Shown: piece by piece, positions 36,401-49,320 of the stretch
Layout: each line of letters opens with the position of its first letter
How positions within the stretch are numbered: the first letter of the stretch is position 1
NCBI RefSeq assembly: GCF_003918875.1
Contig: NW_025767546.1
Location: 1,116,001 to 1,180,000 of the forward strand
DNA length: 64,000 bases
From: Haliotis rubra
Lineage: Eukaryota
Reading direction: 5' to 3'
The notes under the pieces: model-generated
What the model was told of the DNA's origin: nothing
The model's database searches: none
The model's input: the letters and a program-made list of their open reading frames with translations, nothing else
Translations under genes and position numbers: made by a program

Positions 36401-38963
36401 ACAGACATTACACAGGCACTTTCGCAGACAATACAGGCTGATAACAGACACATTTACACAGGCACTCACAGACACGCTACACAGGCACTTGCAGACAATA
36501 CAGGCTGATAACAGACACGTTACACAGGCACTCGCAGACACAGTACAGGCTGATAACAGACATTACACAGGCACTCACAGACACGTTACACAGGCACTCG
36601 CAGACAATACAGGCTGATAACAGACACGTTACACAGGCACTCACAGACAATACAGGCTGATAACAGACACGTTACACAGGCACTCACAGACAATACAGGC
36701 TGATAACAGACACGTTACACAGGCACTCACAGACACGTTACACAGGCACTCGCAGACAATACAGGTTGATAACAGACACGCTACACAGGCACTCACAGAC
36801 AATACAGGCCAATAACAGACATAACACTCACAGACAATACAGGGCAATAGCAGACATGTACCAGTTCTAACAATTTACAATACAGGCTGATAACAGACCG
36901 CTACACAGGCACTCACAGACAATAAAAGCAACACACTGACATGTGCCAGTTCTAACAATTTATAATTGACCACCATAGCTGCACCTACTAAATTTCACCT
37001 GCTCAACCAACTAAAAGCAACACACTGACATGCATAAACTACTAACTACTACTACTATGACCACCACTACTAATACTACTACTAAATACTACTACTAAAN
37101 NNNNNNNNNNNNNNNNNNNNNNNNNNNNNNNNNNNNNNNNNNNNNNNNNNNNNNNNNNNNNNNNNNNNNNNNNNNNNNNNNNNNNNNNNNNNNNNNNNNN
37201 NNNNNNNNNNNNNNNNNNNNNNNNNNNNACTACTGTCTTACCTTCATTTCACCATGGTCGTTGGTGTAGTTGACCGGCTGACAAGAATAACTATAATTTA
37301 ACTTTGTTGAATACCATAGAAGCTGAAACAGGAAAGAAATTACTTTGCAGTCATAAATATAATAAAAAAAACAATATCTCAACATTACTGCACAAACAAT
37401 TTCATTTCTATAAACAGTGCATACAATTTTCTTCACATTGGTACAAAGTGAAACTATAATGTTGTTCTGATCTAAGACTAGGACTGTTGTCTTCTTAACA
37501 CATGCCAATACTGAAACATGCATTACTATAGAAATAAGAGATGATTTAATGACTATATTTCCACTACATTGCTCATGTAATATTAGCTTTATGTGTGAGC
37601 AATGACAGACTTCTTCAAGTCTCTAAAATCCACAAATTATTGACACAAACTTACCTGTGAGCATATATGAAAGTTCATCACAATTAAACCAAAATTGTAG
37701 AAAAATAACGTCCATTTGAATTTAAACGGCTCTCTGTCTTTCATTATTTTTGGCCCAACCCATACTGCAAACAAGTACAATGCTGTGATGGCTAGTGTGG
37801 GTGTGTAGCTTTGCATTAAAAACCAGTCCTTGACTCGGTCATCTGGAAAAGAGCAGAAAAACACACATCACACACACAATAAATATTACCGCTGATAACC
37901 CAAATAAAATACTTGATAGCAATGCACATTTTAAGCCCATGTCTTACTAATGGATTCTGCTTTAGTGTGTTAGACATAACGTGTGTTTCATAAGTGTGGA
38001 AAGATCAAACAGCATTTCAGCTGCAATAATGGTGTACAGTGGCCATACAGAGGCAGGCGTCAACTGTATTTGAAGAACATCCAGTTAAAGAGATCAATAA
38101 ATTTTTCAATCCAATGGGCTCAAAAGCTTTCTACTTTTCAGCCCATGTACTGAATAACAAAGGAGGCTTAAAAATGTGCAGCCTTTGTACACTCTTTTCA
38201 CTAATTTAGGGTATGTGACCCTTACGTTTTTACATAAACCAAACAATTTTAAAACAAATGGACTCGTCAATTAAAAAGTCTACAACCATTCAATTAAACG
38301 CCAATAATTAGGATTTTAATCTATCCAAGAGAAAATAACAAATGTACCCTGAAAAGATTTGTTCCGTTAGTGGCACATGTCAATAAATTAATTAGTACAA
38401 TGAGCATTAGTTTATGATAACGTGAAGTAACACCAGAAACCTGTACTCCAAACACAGTGGGGAATAATACTTCTTTTATTTATGGATCAGAAAATTGATT
38501 CAATTTCAAAGTAAGTGCCCTCCCCCCTCCCCTCATGTCATGTACAAAATCAATTACCCCTCGCCCCTTTCCCATAATTTTAAAGCATTATTTTTTAATA
38601 TAATTAATATAATTATGTACAAAATTGCAGACCCCCTAGTACATGTGTACAGAATTGCTGACCCCCACCTCCCCAGAACAAAATGGGTGATCCCCTTCCT
38701 TCTCCTCACCCCACCCTCCCCCAACCACCTTAAAATCACTATCATCCCCTAGCCATAAATTATGAATCGTCCCCAAGTGAATAAATCTGCCCATATACAA
38801 ACACGCTATTTCTTGTCAGGATGTTCAGTAAGTGCACATTGTGAAATGGGAACACAATATGTCTCAATAATGGTGTTACAGACACACAACACCAACCTGT
38901 TCGTGTTAGTGCCCATGCATAGAACTTCTGAAAATGTTCAACTTTATCTGTAATCAGCTCCAT
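27499..38963 (-). CDS. ELOVL4: Very-long-chain fatty acid elongase, ELOVL4-like (gene A), with mutually exclusive exon 7a/7b
   Basis: Coding exons (minus): 38897-38963, 37655-37842, 37242-37322, 35540-35714, 34959-35086, then 30274-30444 or 30063-30230, then 27499-27621. Motifs [44 protein letters not shown], and C-terminal ER-retrieval KKDK*. 309-310 aa; exon sizes 188/81/128 are typical of ELOVL4. Confidence 0.92.
27985..29600 (+). repeat. 63-bp minisatellite (~25 copies) in the last intron of ELOVL gene A
   Basis: Unit TACCTACCCATAATACAGCATAGTACCACAGATAGCATAACCCTCACCCATTGTATAACCTAA; degenerates toward ~29830. Confidence 0.95.
30063..30230 (-). CDS. ELOVL gene A alternative exon 7b (168 nt, phase 0/0)
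   Basis: gtgccattttag|[56 protein letters not shown]|gtaaat; open frame that the ORF track does not show. Confidence 0.9.
30274..30444 (-). CDS. ELOVL gene A alternative exon 7a (171 nt, phase 0/0)
   Basis: ctcttctgcttgtag|[57 protein letters not shown]|gtaaat. Confidence 0.9.
31913..32076 (+). mobile_element. Young family-1 SINE with 12-bp TSD, nested in a small MITE (31846-32130)
   Basis: TSD TAACATAGACTC at 31901-31912 and 32077-32088; host ends AGGTGCCATTGTACAAAG / CTTTGTACAACGGTACCT. Confidence 0.85.
32557..32706 (-). pseudogene. Possible diverged third copy of ELOVL exon 7 (relic or alternative terminal exon)
   Basis: tgtttgtag|[49 protein letters not shown]; F39, Y43-F44-H45 and L48 are in the same register as exon 7b. 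Confidence 0.35.
33003..33152. mobile_element. 150-bp non-autonomous DNA transposon (MITE) with 5-bp TSD
   Basis: TIRs CATTGGTGGATCC / GGATCCGCCTATG, G/C-run-rich interior, GGCTG on both flanks. Confidence 0.7.
33355..33733 (+). mobile_element. Two fragments of a third SINE-like family
   Basis: GTAACCCATGCTT(G/A)TCGTAAGA(A/G)GCAACTAAC..GATCGGGTGGTCA occurs twice (~33370 and ~33687), with tail ATAGCTGGAATATTGCTGAGTGTGGCATTAAAC. A related reverse fragment lies at ~25745-25850. Confidence 0.65.
35727..36930 (+). repeat. Compound minisatellite (23-bp + 20-bp subunits, ~43-bp period) abutting the ELOVL A exon 5 acceptor
   Basis: CAGACACGTTACACAGGCACTCA + CAGACAATACAGGCTGATAA in variable order. 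Confidence 0.93.
37038..37235. other. (ACT)n microsatellite flanking a 129-N assembly gap (37100-37228)
   Basis: Run of N with ACTACT repeats on both sides. Confidence 0.95.
38505..38773 (-). mobile_element. Truncated PIF/Harbinger-type MITE (same family as 59123 and 59514)
   Basis: Reverse-complement similarity to the 59.1-59.8 kb copies; ends CCCCTAGCCATAAATTATGAATCGTCCC. Confidence 0.75.
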
Positions 38964-41150
38964 CTTGATCAACCTGTAACCAAAACACAACACCATGAGT
39001 AAACATTTAATGAGACTCCACACACATTCCATAGATAATAATTCATAACAAAAGTCCACAAATCTTTTATAAATGTTATTATCATAGAAAGAAGCTCACA
39101 TATTTTTTTGCAGCACACAGCAACTCATATCAATAAAAATAACATAAATCCAACTGCTGTTTAAAAGAATAAACCTAAAATGTGAATTAGATTACAATGT
39201 AATTCATTCGTAAATAAATTCCCTACTTGACAATGTAAAACTGTTTTATGTCAGCATTCCCCCCCTCGTAGCGTACAATATTGATCAAATAAACCACCTT
39301 TCTTAAACCATGTGCCTCACTATCAAACCACATGTCCTGGCCTGCCAAGTCCTTGCTCACGTTCAACCTTTGAACTGTTTTAAGCTGTGTTTTGGGGTAG
39401 TATTTTAGCAACAGGCATGACACTCGACATCAAAGAAAAGAGGTCACGGTTCCAGATCTTGTTCGGGCTTGAAAACATGGCATGGCCAGGCATGCATGTT
39501 TACACCAGAGGATGAATGACTGCCATGTTGCCAGGGGCAACAGGGTTTTAGGTACCATACAGATCAGAGAAGGAATGCACGGTTGAGTGGTCAATAACAC
39601 AAGGTAGCGAATACTCTCTCCTTGTTGCCCTAACATCCACACAATACACACTGATTGAGTGGTTTACATATATATCAATATTTGAGTAGCTCTTGCTCCC
39701 TTCAAACCTTAGCCACCTAATATTAAATTGTTTACAAAGAAACGAGTGATTAGAAGCAACTTATAAGATTACTGATATGAGAACAGAATTTGATACTTTC
39801 ATAAATAGGTTTATACCATTGAGTGACACATATCTATACTATCTTTCCAATGTCATTTCTCCGCTGAGTTTCAGACATTGTTATACATACTGTGTGGGAC
39901 ACTTTGTTTCTGTGTAATTATGTAATCATTGCCATTTTTAACTGCTAAATTGATTTACATGACAACATTTCAGACAAAGCAGTCTTTGAAAGACTCAAAC
40001 GTACTCTGACTGCCAAACATTCAGAGTCCCTTTAAGAAATATCCTAAGGTTAGAGAACAATAAAGACATTTTTCTGACAGAGAGGACAACACTGGCAAAT
40101 AATATCTTATTTGTCCTTTAATACATAGAATGTCTGAAATATGACCACTGCATAGTTAAACATGACATACATAGTTAAATCTTCAATTCCTCTCAACAGT
40201 AGGACATACACTAGTACAGTATTGTTTTAGAACCTTCTCTTCTTCAGGCTATGTGTAAAACCAACAAGCATTCTGTTCTCACCTGGACATAACAGAACAC
40301 AGTGATCCATCAATATTCAGTGATCCATCAATATTCGGTATTGAACTGTCTATATTTATTCCAGTGGCCTATTATAGCACTGGTAATTAAATAATTTATA
40401 ATGTATGCCAGATACCTCTGCTCTTACGGCTTTGAATCAAACAAATGTATTATGTACAATTTCTCATATCACTACTAAACTGTCCTAGAATCACATGGCC
40501 CAGGTGAAGAGTAGGGGAAGCCCCAACAGATTGTGACTGCAAGAATCTGTACTCTTGTGATTAAAACATATGTATCGTGGCAGTGACATGTAAGGAACAA
40601 AAACAGTTTGCATCATACTGGTTTGAGGCTGGTTAAAATGACTGATAATTGTAATTATTAAGAATTAGTAACAAATATTTACATGAAAATTGTGTCATTA
40701 TGAAATAAACTTCAATTTACACAAACAAAACTAACAGATATCTCTTTATTCATATGCCACTTCTAAAGTGTGTACAGAATGCTGTTTTGTCAGAACCGAT
40801 GCATATATGTGTCACCATTCACCAGCTAGGTAAAATATTTTGATTTTGTAAATTGGAACCTTTTTGCTTTCTCTTATACGTCTTTATCAATCATCAATCA
40901 ATATTTAGGTCATAATTATCAATTACTATAACCTATTTTGATAGCGGGCCATATACTGGTTCTAATTGTTCTTGCAAACTATGATGGGAAATTTATTATT
41001 TTACTCAAAAGGCTTTGAATCTATGGCCCAAACACATTGATTGTGTGGTATTGAAGGCTGGGTTTATATGGACATTTTGATGGGTACAGCTTCTAAACAA
41101 GAACAGTACAAGAAACAAGGCACAGATATTATTAAAATGTAACTCTCAGA

Positions 41151-41500
41151 TAGGGCTGGGACGATTCACTGATGCATCGTGATACATTTAAGTTTGATAC
41201 AGCTATCGTATCGCCGACTGGTGTATCGATACAAAATGATACACAAGTTTTTTTTCAAAACAGTATTATCTTAAACATGTTACAGTACTTATTTAGAGAA
41301 ACATATGCAAGTATGATAGAGTTACTTGTTTGATTATTACAATAGTGTTATTGTTAAACACAAATACCTTGAAATAAATCATTTTAAATCTTGATACCGT
41401 TTCATTCTTTCAAAGTGTATGTATCGTGATACGTATCGTATCGCAGGTAAAATATCGCGATATGTATGGTATCGTGACACAGTGTATCGTCCCAGCCCTA
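41151..41500. mobile_element. Non-autonomous hAT-like MITE
   Basis: 15-bp TIRs TAGGGCTGGGACGAT / ATCGTCCCAGCCCTA and subterminal TATCG repeats; no intact TSD. Confidence 0.8.
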
Positions 41501-42569
41501 CTTGCTTTTCACCTGCATATTCACTGCTTCACTTAAATGTGTTACATCATCCAACCATGTTTTGTTATATTCAATATCATCTTTTCTGATACTCTGCATT
41601 CCATTTCAGTTGTTAACTGCTTGCCCATAACAATTATCCTATTTGATACAATTCACACACAAGAGTCGTTGGTCAACAAAAACTCAAAACACTTCATTTT
41701 GTTTCAATAGCATACAGATAACTCATCAAGATTATCAGAAAACATTGTGAAATTCACATTCACTACTGTGCAGATTAATGCTGTACAGCCAGGTACTTTA
41801 CTTCCTCAATAGATCTCTTCCCAGATCTCTTATTGTAGTAATCTACATGTTACTATTAACATGGTTTAACACTTATGGGTCAGCCATCTATGACATTTAG
41901 GACAATTACTAATATGATATTAACTTTGTCATAAAATATCTCTACACTTGGTAGATTATTCAAACATATAACTTCAATGTCTTTCATCATCACCATCAAT
42001 GGATTGAACTGTCAGAAACATGTGTATATATACCAAGCTAAATGATTTTCTTGTAAGTTGTATTCATTTGATTTTGCAAATTTTCCAATGTATGTCATTA
42101 GTATGTAATCTGCTTATATTATCATTAATGAATGTGTGCATATACACATGAATAAAAGGTTGAAATGGACTACAAGTCTGCTTTAACTATACAACATACC
42201 AAAACTTAGGTTAATTTAATAATTCACCAGAGTTCTGCACAACGTGTATCAGGATATGGAATGGTGTCACGCATAAGTAATGCCATTGTGAAACACATAT
42301 GTTGAAATTGAATCTAACACAGAATGGGGGCACGCCCACAAATCAGGAATGCGTTTTTTAGGAATAAAATAGGTTGGAAACGGAAATCAAGTGCATCACA
42401 TTGGATAATAAACGTATGTTTCATTATGACTGAAAGCGCTAACTGATATGCATGGCAGATCGCGACGTATCTAAGAGTGTGCATGGTCTAAATAAACAAA
42501 CTGAACCGAAGCGTCCATGCTGGTTCGCGAGGTACTCGAGATCGGTGATCGGAGTATGTGGGGACTCAC

Positions 42570-43051
42570 CTCTGTTGCTGGAGCGAATGAAATTTCTGTT
42601 CTGTTGAAATTGAAGTATCTTAGGTCTTTTCTACCAACTGATGCTGATCTCAATTGGCCGTAATGCGTGTACAGACAAGGCAAATGCCATTGAGGTTGCT
42701 ACCAACAACAACTAATACAAACTTCACGCACCTACAAACAACTATGGCACCGGTCAAATAACCAATGACAATGGATGTTACACGATAACGCACCGCTTGT
42801 GTATCTAACGTTCATTTTCATTGGCTCATGCTGGGACAGCACGTTTGGAGGAATTCCATTTATCATTAGCCAATGAGCATCGCTGTAAATGAATCCATCA
42901 TTGGAGATATTTTCTTAAGTTAAATGTGATTGGCTCTTACCGGAGGAAGTGTCCGGTGAATCCCAGTCTGGAGAAGTGACCCCTAACCTCGTGTAAATCA
43001 ACACATTTCAGTATCCAGGCACCGCATCAACCCTGACTGTTCATCATTGCT
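42570..43051. promoter_or_regulatory. Bidirectional promoter of the two ELOVL genes with their non-coding first exons
   Basis: Minus donor GAG|GTGAGT at 42570/42569 and plus donor CT|GTAAGT at 43051/43052. CCAAT/ATTGG at 42653, 42762, 42820, 42870, 42900 and 42929; ETS-like GAGGAAGTG at ~42943; CpG-enriched. Confidence 0.7.
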
Positions 43052-45535
43052 GTAAGTACTCTTTGTGCATGATAATTGTCTCCAAACACGAATATTGCCA
43101 TATGTGGTTTTTACTTTATCGAAAATTGTTCATTGAAAACTCCAGGCGCTGTATCTGCAAAGGTCATTTTGCACATGACTTTAATGCATGATGATCGATT
43201 TACGGTTCCACCCTATTAATTGGACAATCTAATGATTAGGCGATTACTATATAACTGTTTTTCAGTAGTGTCAATGTAGTTCTCAACATATGCTATACGC
43301 CACTTCACGCTGTCCTTTAACAGATCAAGTGATCTACGTTATCAGGATCGCTACAAGGATCAACCCTCTGCCAATATAGGGGAAAACCACACTCACCCGA
43401 CTAGGCCAAGATCGTGGTACGACTACGAGTCTAAAGTCCAGAGCATGATAGCTGTTATACGTGAACTTTAATTGATATTTGCGTTGTGCATTCTCGGCGA
43501 ATTGCAGAGTGATCGCAATCTTTGATCGGATGACAGGCACCTCATTTAAATACCCCCAATACCCTAAGTGTAAAGAAATACTCAAGTGAAGTGATCATCA
43601 AGAAAAAGTGATATTGGTAAGGGCATGTTCTACCTTTGAATTTTAGGTTTGCTTTACTATGCGCATTGTGGTTGAAGTATCTGCAAGTGATTGAGCTTTT
43701 TTGTTAAAATATCTTAATAGTGTTTTTGAAATGAAAGTTACATCTTAAATATTATTTTAATACCCAATACAGTCATCTGTTACATGTTTGCCTCTATTGT
43801 AGTTTCGTTCTGTTCCATTACCCATTTTGACTGATCCAGGTATAGACATTATGTACATATGAACAAATATCTATAACATCTATGGTAAAGTATGGGATGA
43901 GTGAAATTAAGAGTAAGTAAATAGTAACTGGTACGCTTTATACAGTCTTAATGTAAGAGTGTTTTGGGTCTTTTTATGTTTCAGCACAGAGGATATGTTT
44001 TTGTATGGTTTTCAGTTAGCATTGATGCATATATTTAAAAAAAATACTCTTAAGCCTGTCCACATGTTCAGTATTTTCCATTTATCTGTCCAGAAAATGT
44101 ATATAAGTATAGAGTAATGACTTGTTTCTTATAATAAACACCACAACAGGGCATTTTGATTGAAACTGAGGTTTCTAAGTATCAGTACTCTTGCAGCACT
44201 AATTCTTATGCCATTATTATTTCAACCTGGTCATCAGCTTATGATACTGGGAATGTTTATCACTGGTTTCATAAAATCTGTGTTTTTGCCAATGCAAACA
44301 GTTAAAACAGGTTCTCTTTATGTCTGATAATGTCAGAAAAATATATCAGCACATAATTGACATCAGTGTTGAACTGACATCAAAAAGTATTCATTCAATG
44401 CCTAATTCTTTTTGAAGAACTTTCTAATTTTTGTTATTGTCAGTGACTTATGTTGGTTTACAGCTAGTTATGAAAACATTTGTCTTTAAATGCCAACAAA
44501 ACAATTAGATTTATTAGAATAACAATGGCAACTAATCAATGCTAATTAGGCAATTGTACAAGATAGAAGTGATTAGTGTGGGTATTGTTAATGTCACCTG
44601 GATCATCAGTTAATTACCTGAGTTAACGAGCTGTTTTGTTGTCCCTGTTTCAGTTATACAGTATGTCACAAGAGAGCATTTAATGATGGAAACAGGAAAA
44701 TCTGTTTAGTATTTACAGGTTTGATCAAATCAATGTGTGACATGTTTGCATACATCTTGGAAGTACAGAAACTTCCGCCTGTATTTAAAGGATCTAAAGT
44801 GTATATATATGCTGACAGGATAAATCTCATCAATATTTCAAGGATTTGTATACAGTACCTCAAGCCCTAAGCTAGTCTGTCTCACAGTCCCAGAAACATA
44901 TTATTTTCCCTACAGCCTAGCCCTCCCTGCAATGCTAAAGCCCTAAATGAAGCAATCTAATTTCCTCATGTTCTAAATCTCTGGTCTCCCTAGGGTTCCT
45001 TTTCAATTTAAATGGGTTTATTTGATGCAATCAGAACTGTATATATTCAGGGACTGAGCGTTAGTCAACCCCTGCCACTCTCCACACTGCTTAGTATCAC
45101 AGAACAGTTAGGATTGCAGAAAGTCCAGCTCAGTGTGGGTCTTATTTGACTTCCAGTAAAACAGGGTCTCATAGCTTGACTTATACACTAGTGTTTACTA
45201 CACTGCAGTTCCACCCTTTATACGTAGGCGATGGAGGTACATATACATAGTGTATCCAAACCTGAGAATTATTTACAATGAAATGACTGTAATGACTGGT
45301 TTCAGTCACATGAAGTCTGCACCACAGCCTCCATTCTGAGTAATGACAGAACCATGCTTACAGACACCGATACCGATACCGATGGTTTAGGTCCAGTGTT
45401 TATGGTGATGAATTTAAGGTTCACACCAGCCCAGATTTGACAATAAGTAATTAATGAGCTATAAGGGTCAACACAGCTTAGATTTTAATGTTGCCATGGT
45501 TATGGACAACTTGCCATGGTTATAGACAGATTGTA

Positions 45536-45600
45536 GCGGTGAGGTAGCCTAGTTGTTAAAGGGAATCTTGCTAAAAGTGGTGTAAAACCAAACTCACTCA
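45536..45600 (+). mobile_element. Internally deleted family-1 SINE
   Basis: A-box head joined directly to the tail TTGCTAAAAGTGGTGTAAAACCAAACTCACTCA. Confidence 0.6.
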
Positions 45601-47839
45601 ATTATAAACATATTAAACAGAACTGGTATTTTGAATTTGAGTTTATCAAACATACGTGCAAACCAAACCTTGACACAAACATTTCAAACAAAGATATCCT
45701 GTTTGACAACATTAATGTTGAGTGACCAGCTTACAAGCAGAGCCTGACTGACATGCAGCATAAACATTGTCATAACTATTATACTCATCTGATCATTGTG
45801 AGGGCAAACTATCTGTAGACACTGCAAGTCAGCAAAATGTCAACCATTTTATGTTTATAACACTTAACAGTGTCATTATAGAGATTGAAATTTTGCATGA
45901 ATATATTAATTTGTATTTATATGTTGAAAAGGTGTAGTTTGTAAGTACCCTTGAATGTGTATTTAAACTAGTATGGACTCTTCTGTGTCTGAAAAAAATG
46001 TAATTTTTGTCTAAAGCAAAAAGTAAAAATGCCATTATTATATATATCCTTAATTTGTAACTGAAATGCAATCATTGTAGAAATTTGCAACAAATATGCA
46101 CCATTCATCCATACAATCATTTTATACACCATACACCATAAACCCTTGCAGATACTGAAACAGATTTCACTAATTTCCACTCTATTTTCAAATTGTATCT
46201 GAACATTGTGTCATAATATGTAGGTGATGATTTGTCCGTAACTGTTTAGTTTACAATTTCTTGAACATTGTTTGTCAAATCCAAATGGGTATGATGAAAT
46301 TCACACTTTGCATACAAGACATTCCATTTCGCATACTGTATCAGCTTCCTGTCTTACTGAATTGAATGCATACAACCTAATCAGTGATAATACATTTGAG
46401 TGCAAGTACAATAAAAATATGCATCAAAGTTAACATTTTGATAATGAAACCTCTGGTGTAAGACTTCAACTATCAATTTCAAAACAAACTGACAAAACAC
46501 ACTCTCAAATGAACAATCAGCTGCTCTACCACTTCGCTTTGGACGAATCAGGTGGTGATTATTGCAATATAGGCATCCCTGATGTTTCATGAAATGACAG
46601 AACAAATATTTCAGGCAGGGTATGAAACTACCAAAAATTTCAGCCAGACCACAGGGCTGTTTAGATGTAAAACTTGCCAGCCCTGACCAAAACTTACCTG
46701 CCTGCAAATAATTTAGGTTTGACATCCAATTTAGCTTATCATCCATTATTGGAATTCATCATTTACTTTACGAATGAATTATTAATGATTTATTATCCTG
46801 AAATATGATGAATATCTTCATATACATTTCTAAATTTTAACCTGACCGACGGGAATCTGGCAGTCCGTGTTGAAAATAACCCGTCCAGGGCGGTCGGGCA
46901 GTCAGGTATTTCGATTGCTGTTTGAGGACACAACACTAGATATATCATTGTTTAAGGGAAAAGATATCCTGTTTTCACACCAGCGTGAACGTTACCAATA
47001 AAAGTGAAGGCTACTCTTAACTGTCTGTAAGTGTAATAGTAACAAGTTTAGCTCACATCACGCATACGTGTGCTGTCAGTTTAGGTTGGACCGTCCAGAT
47101 CAGCGCACCTAGTGGGTTAGCGAAGGGAAGATAATTTGAAAAAGATCGCAAATTATATGGAAAGTTGTTACATTGCTTAAAAGTATAAATATGTATGAAA
47201 CTGTAAAATAAAAGTGAGTATATACTATTGGAAATAAAGCTCTCAGCTGGTAACATTTCATACATAATGATATGATGTGCATAAGAAAGAGACAAATGCA
47301 ATTACATTCTTATTAGTTATAAACCATATAAAAGTATATTTATTGGGATATTAGTCTGCTGTTATGCGGCTCCATGATTACTGCATATCGTATATCAACA
47401 TATTCAAATGATCTTGTGATTCTGGGTATACAACTGCTAAGGACAACCTCAAATTAAAAGCATTTAACACATAGCTTCAAGCCTGGGGAGATGAGAGCTA
47501 TTCAAGAGCAAGTTTACATTGGCATTGGCACATTATAAACGGAGGCATCTAAAGACACTGTAAGTTGTTGTTTCATTAACATATGATCCTCGATCTGAAT
47601 CAGAGATGCTCCCTGATTATGTTTATAAGTTTGTCGATGCCATGTCTGTGCTCATGACTTTCACCAATCTGGTGAACATGAAAACCCTGTATCACTGTTA
47701 ATAAGTGAAATACTGTCCTGATGAAGTCGTTTACACACTCACACACAATCTAGTGTTGAATATTTAAACATGGAAAGTCTGAATAATACCCAATTTAATG
47801 AAGTTTCTGTCAGCATTCATGTACTTATATGGCATAAAG

Positions 47840-48088
47840 CATTTCTGGTGTCCCCCGCCGTGATGTTGCTGGAATATTGCTAAAAGCGGTAAAACCAAAC
47901 TCAGTCAGTCAGTCTATGGCATAAAGGGGTGGTGGGGTAGCCTAGTGGTTAAAGCGTTAGCTTGTCACACCGAAAACCCGGGTTCTATTCCCCACATGGG
48001 TACAATGTGTGAAACCATTTCAGGTGTATCATGCTGTGATATTGCTAGAATCCTCCTAAAGCGGCATACAACTAAACTCACTCACTCA
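47840..48088 (+). mobile_element. Two tandem family-1 SINEs (5'-truncated 47840-47914; full-length 47927-48088)
   Basis: TSD TATGGCATAAAG at 47828-47839 and 47915-47926; A and B boxes in the second copy. Confidence 0.85.
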
Positions 48089-49156
48089 TGCTTTGGCGTA
48101 AAGAATACATCCTAACTTTTACATAGTCAAGCCAGGATCTGCACTCACCTCAACTTTGTTGGCTATTTCATCACCATATCTATACATGAGCATGAGTGTA
48201 ATCATGGGATAGCTCCAGTATATTTCACACCAGGCTTTTTACCCTTAATAAACTGACATGCTGTGGTATAACTTAAGCATGACAAGTGTAGTTAGAAGTT
48301 TCAACACTTTTCTGGTCAGCCATGGCAACAAGGCAAATTAGTGTTGAATATAACTGGTCTTGTTAAAAATACAAGTCAGGACTATAGATTGTCTTCCTTC
48401 TGATTACTTATGATTTATACCAGAGGAAAATATCAGTACTTTGACCATGCCCAGATACTGCTACATACAATTTATGCAGCAGGTGTCAGCAGGGGTTATC
48501 AGGTGCCCCACAGCACTTCTGACGACAACCAGTCTCGTCACACAAGCTTTTATGCTTATCTCAGGAACAAGGATTAACTGTTTATGCCTGCTTTGATTCC
48601 ATGATAACCTGTGTATTTTATCAAATCTGCAACCAAAAACACCACAAACTGAATTAATTTTGGTTTGTTGGTATACATATATGCATGGAATGTTTCAAAA
48701 AGAAAATAACAGCAAAACTGTGTAACCAAAATAAAGAACAAATTACATTTCACACATACGCCTTTCCAGGTGTTTGTTTATTGTCTACTTGTCGCTAATA
48801 GATGGCAACTAAGTAAAAACCCAAATTTGGTAGTGATAGTTTCTTTGGTTATTCAACATGTTTGAAACTTCATTTGTCCTAAAGCCCAGTCTATTTGATA
48901 CTTTTTAGACCAGATGAAATCGTTTCTTAAAAATATTCCGCTTAAAAAGCTGTCTGGCATGTGTGAGGTGACTTTTAATTTGCATCTGATCATGTATGTA
49001 TGTCACATGTTACAAAACATTAACAAGCAATACCTGTCTGAGTTTGAATAGGTGAGATTCCCCTGGTGAATTATTCATTTCAGTATTTACTGTAGATTTA
49101 TATAGGAGATAGCTTTGAGCAGGTCTCAGTCGGCTTACAAACTACACAACTGACTG

Positions 49157-49320
49157 GAGTGAGTGAGTATGGTTTCACACCGTTTTTAGCTATATACCAG
49201 CAGTATCACAGTTGGGGCGGACAACACAAAAGGGCCTCACACATTGTATCATGTGGGGAATCAAACCTGCATCTTCGGTGTGACGAGCCAACACTTTAAC
49301 CACTAGGCTACCCTACTGCC
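49157..49320 (-). mobile_element. Family-1 SINE, diverged
   Basis: Reverse-complement A box, degenerate B box and (CTCA)n tail. Confidence 0.75.

Noticed and set aside
43327-43596. Segment bounded by an AAGTGATC direct repeat as an insertion with 8-bp TSD
   Set aside because: No TIRs or SINE hallmarks; may be chance.
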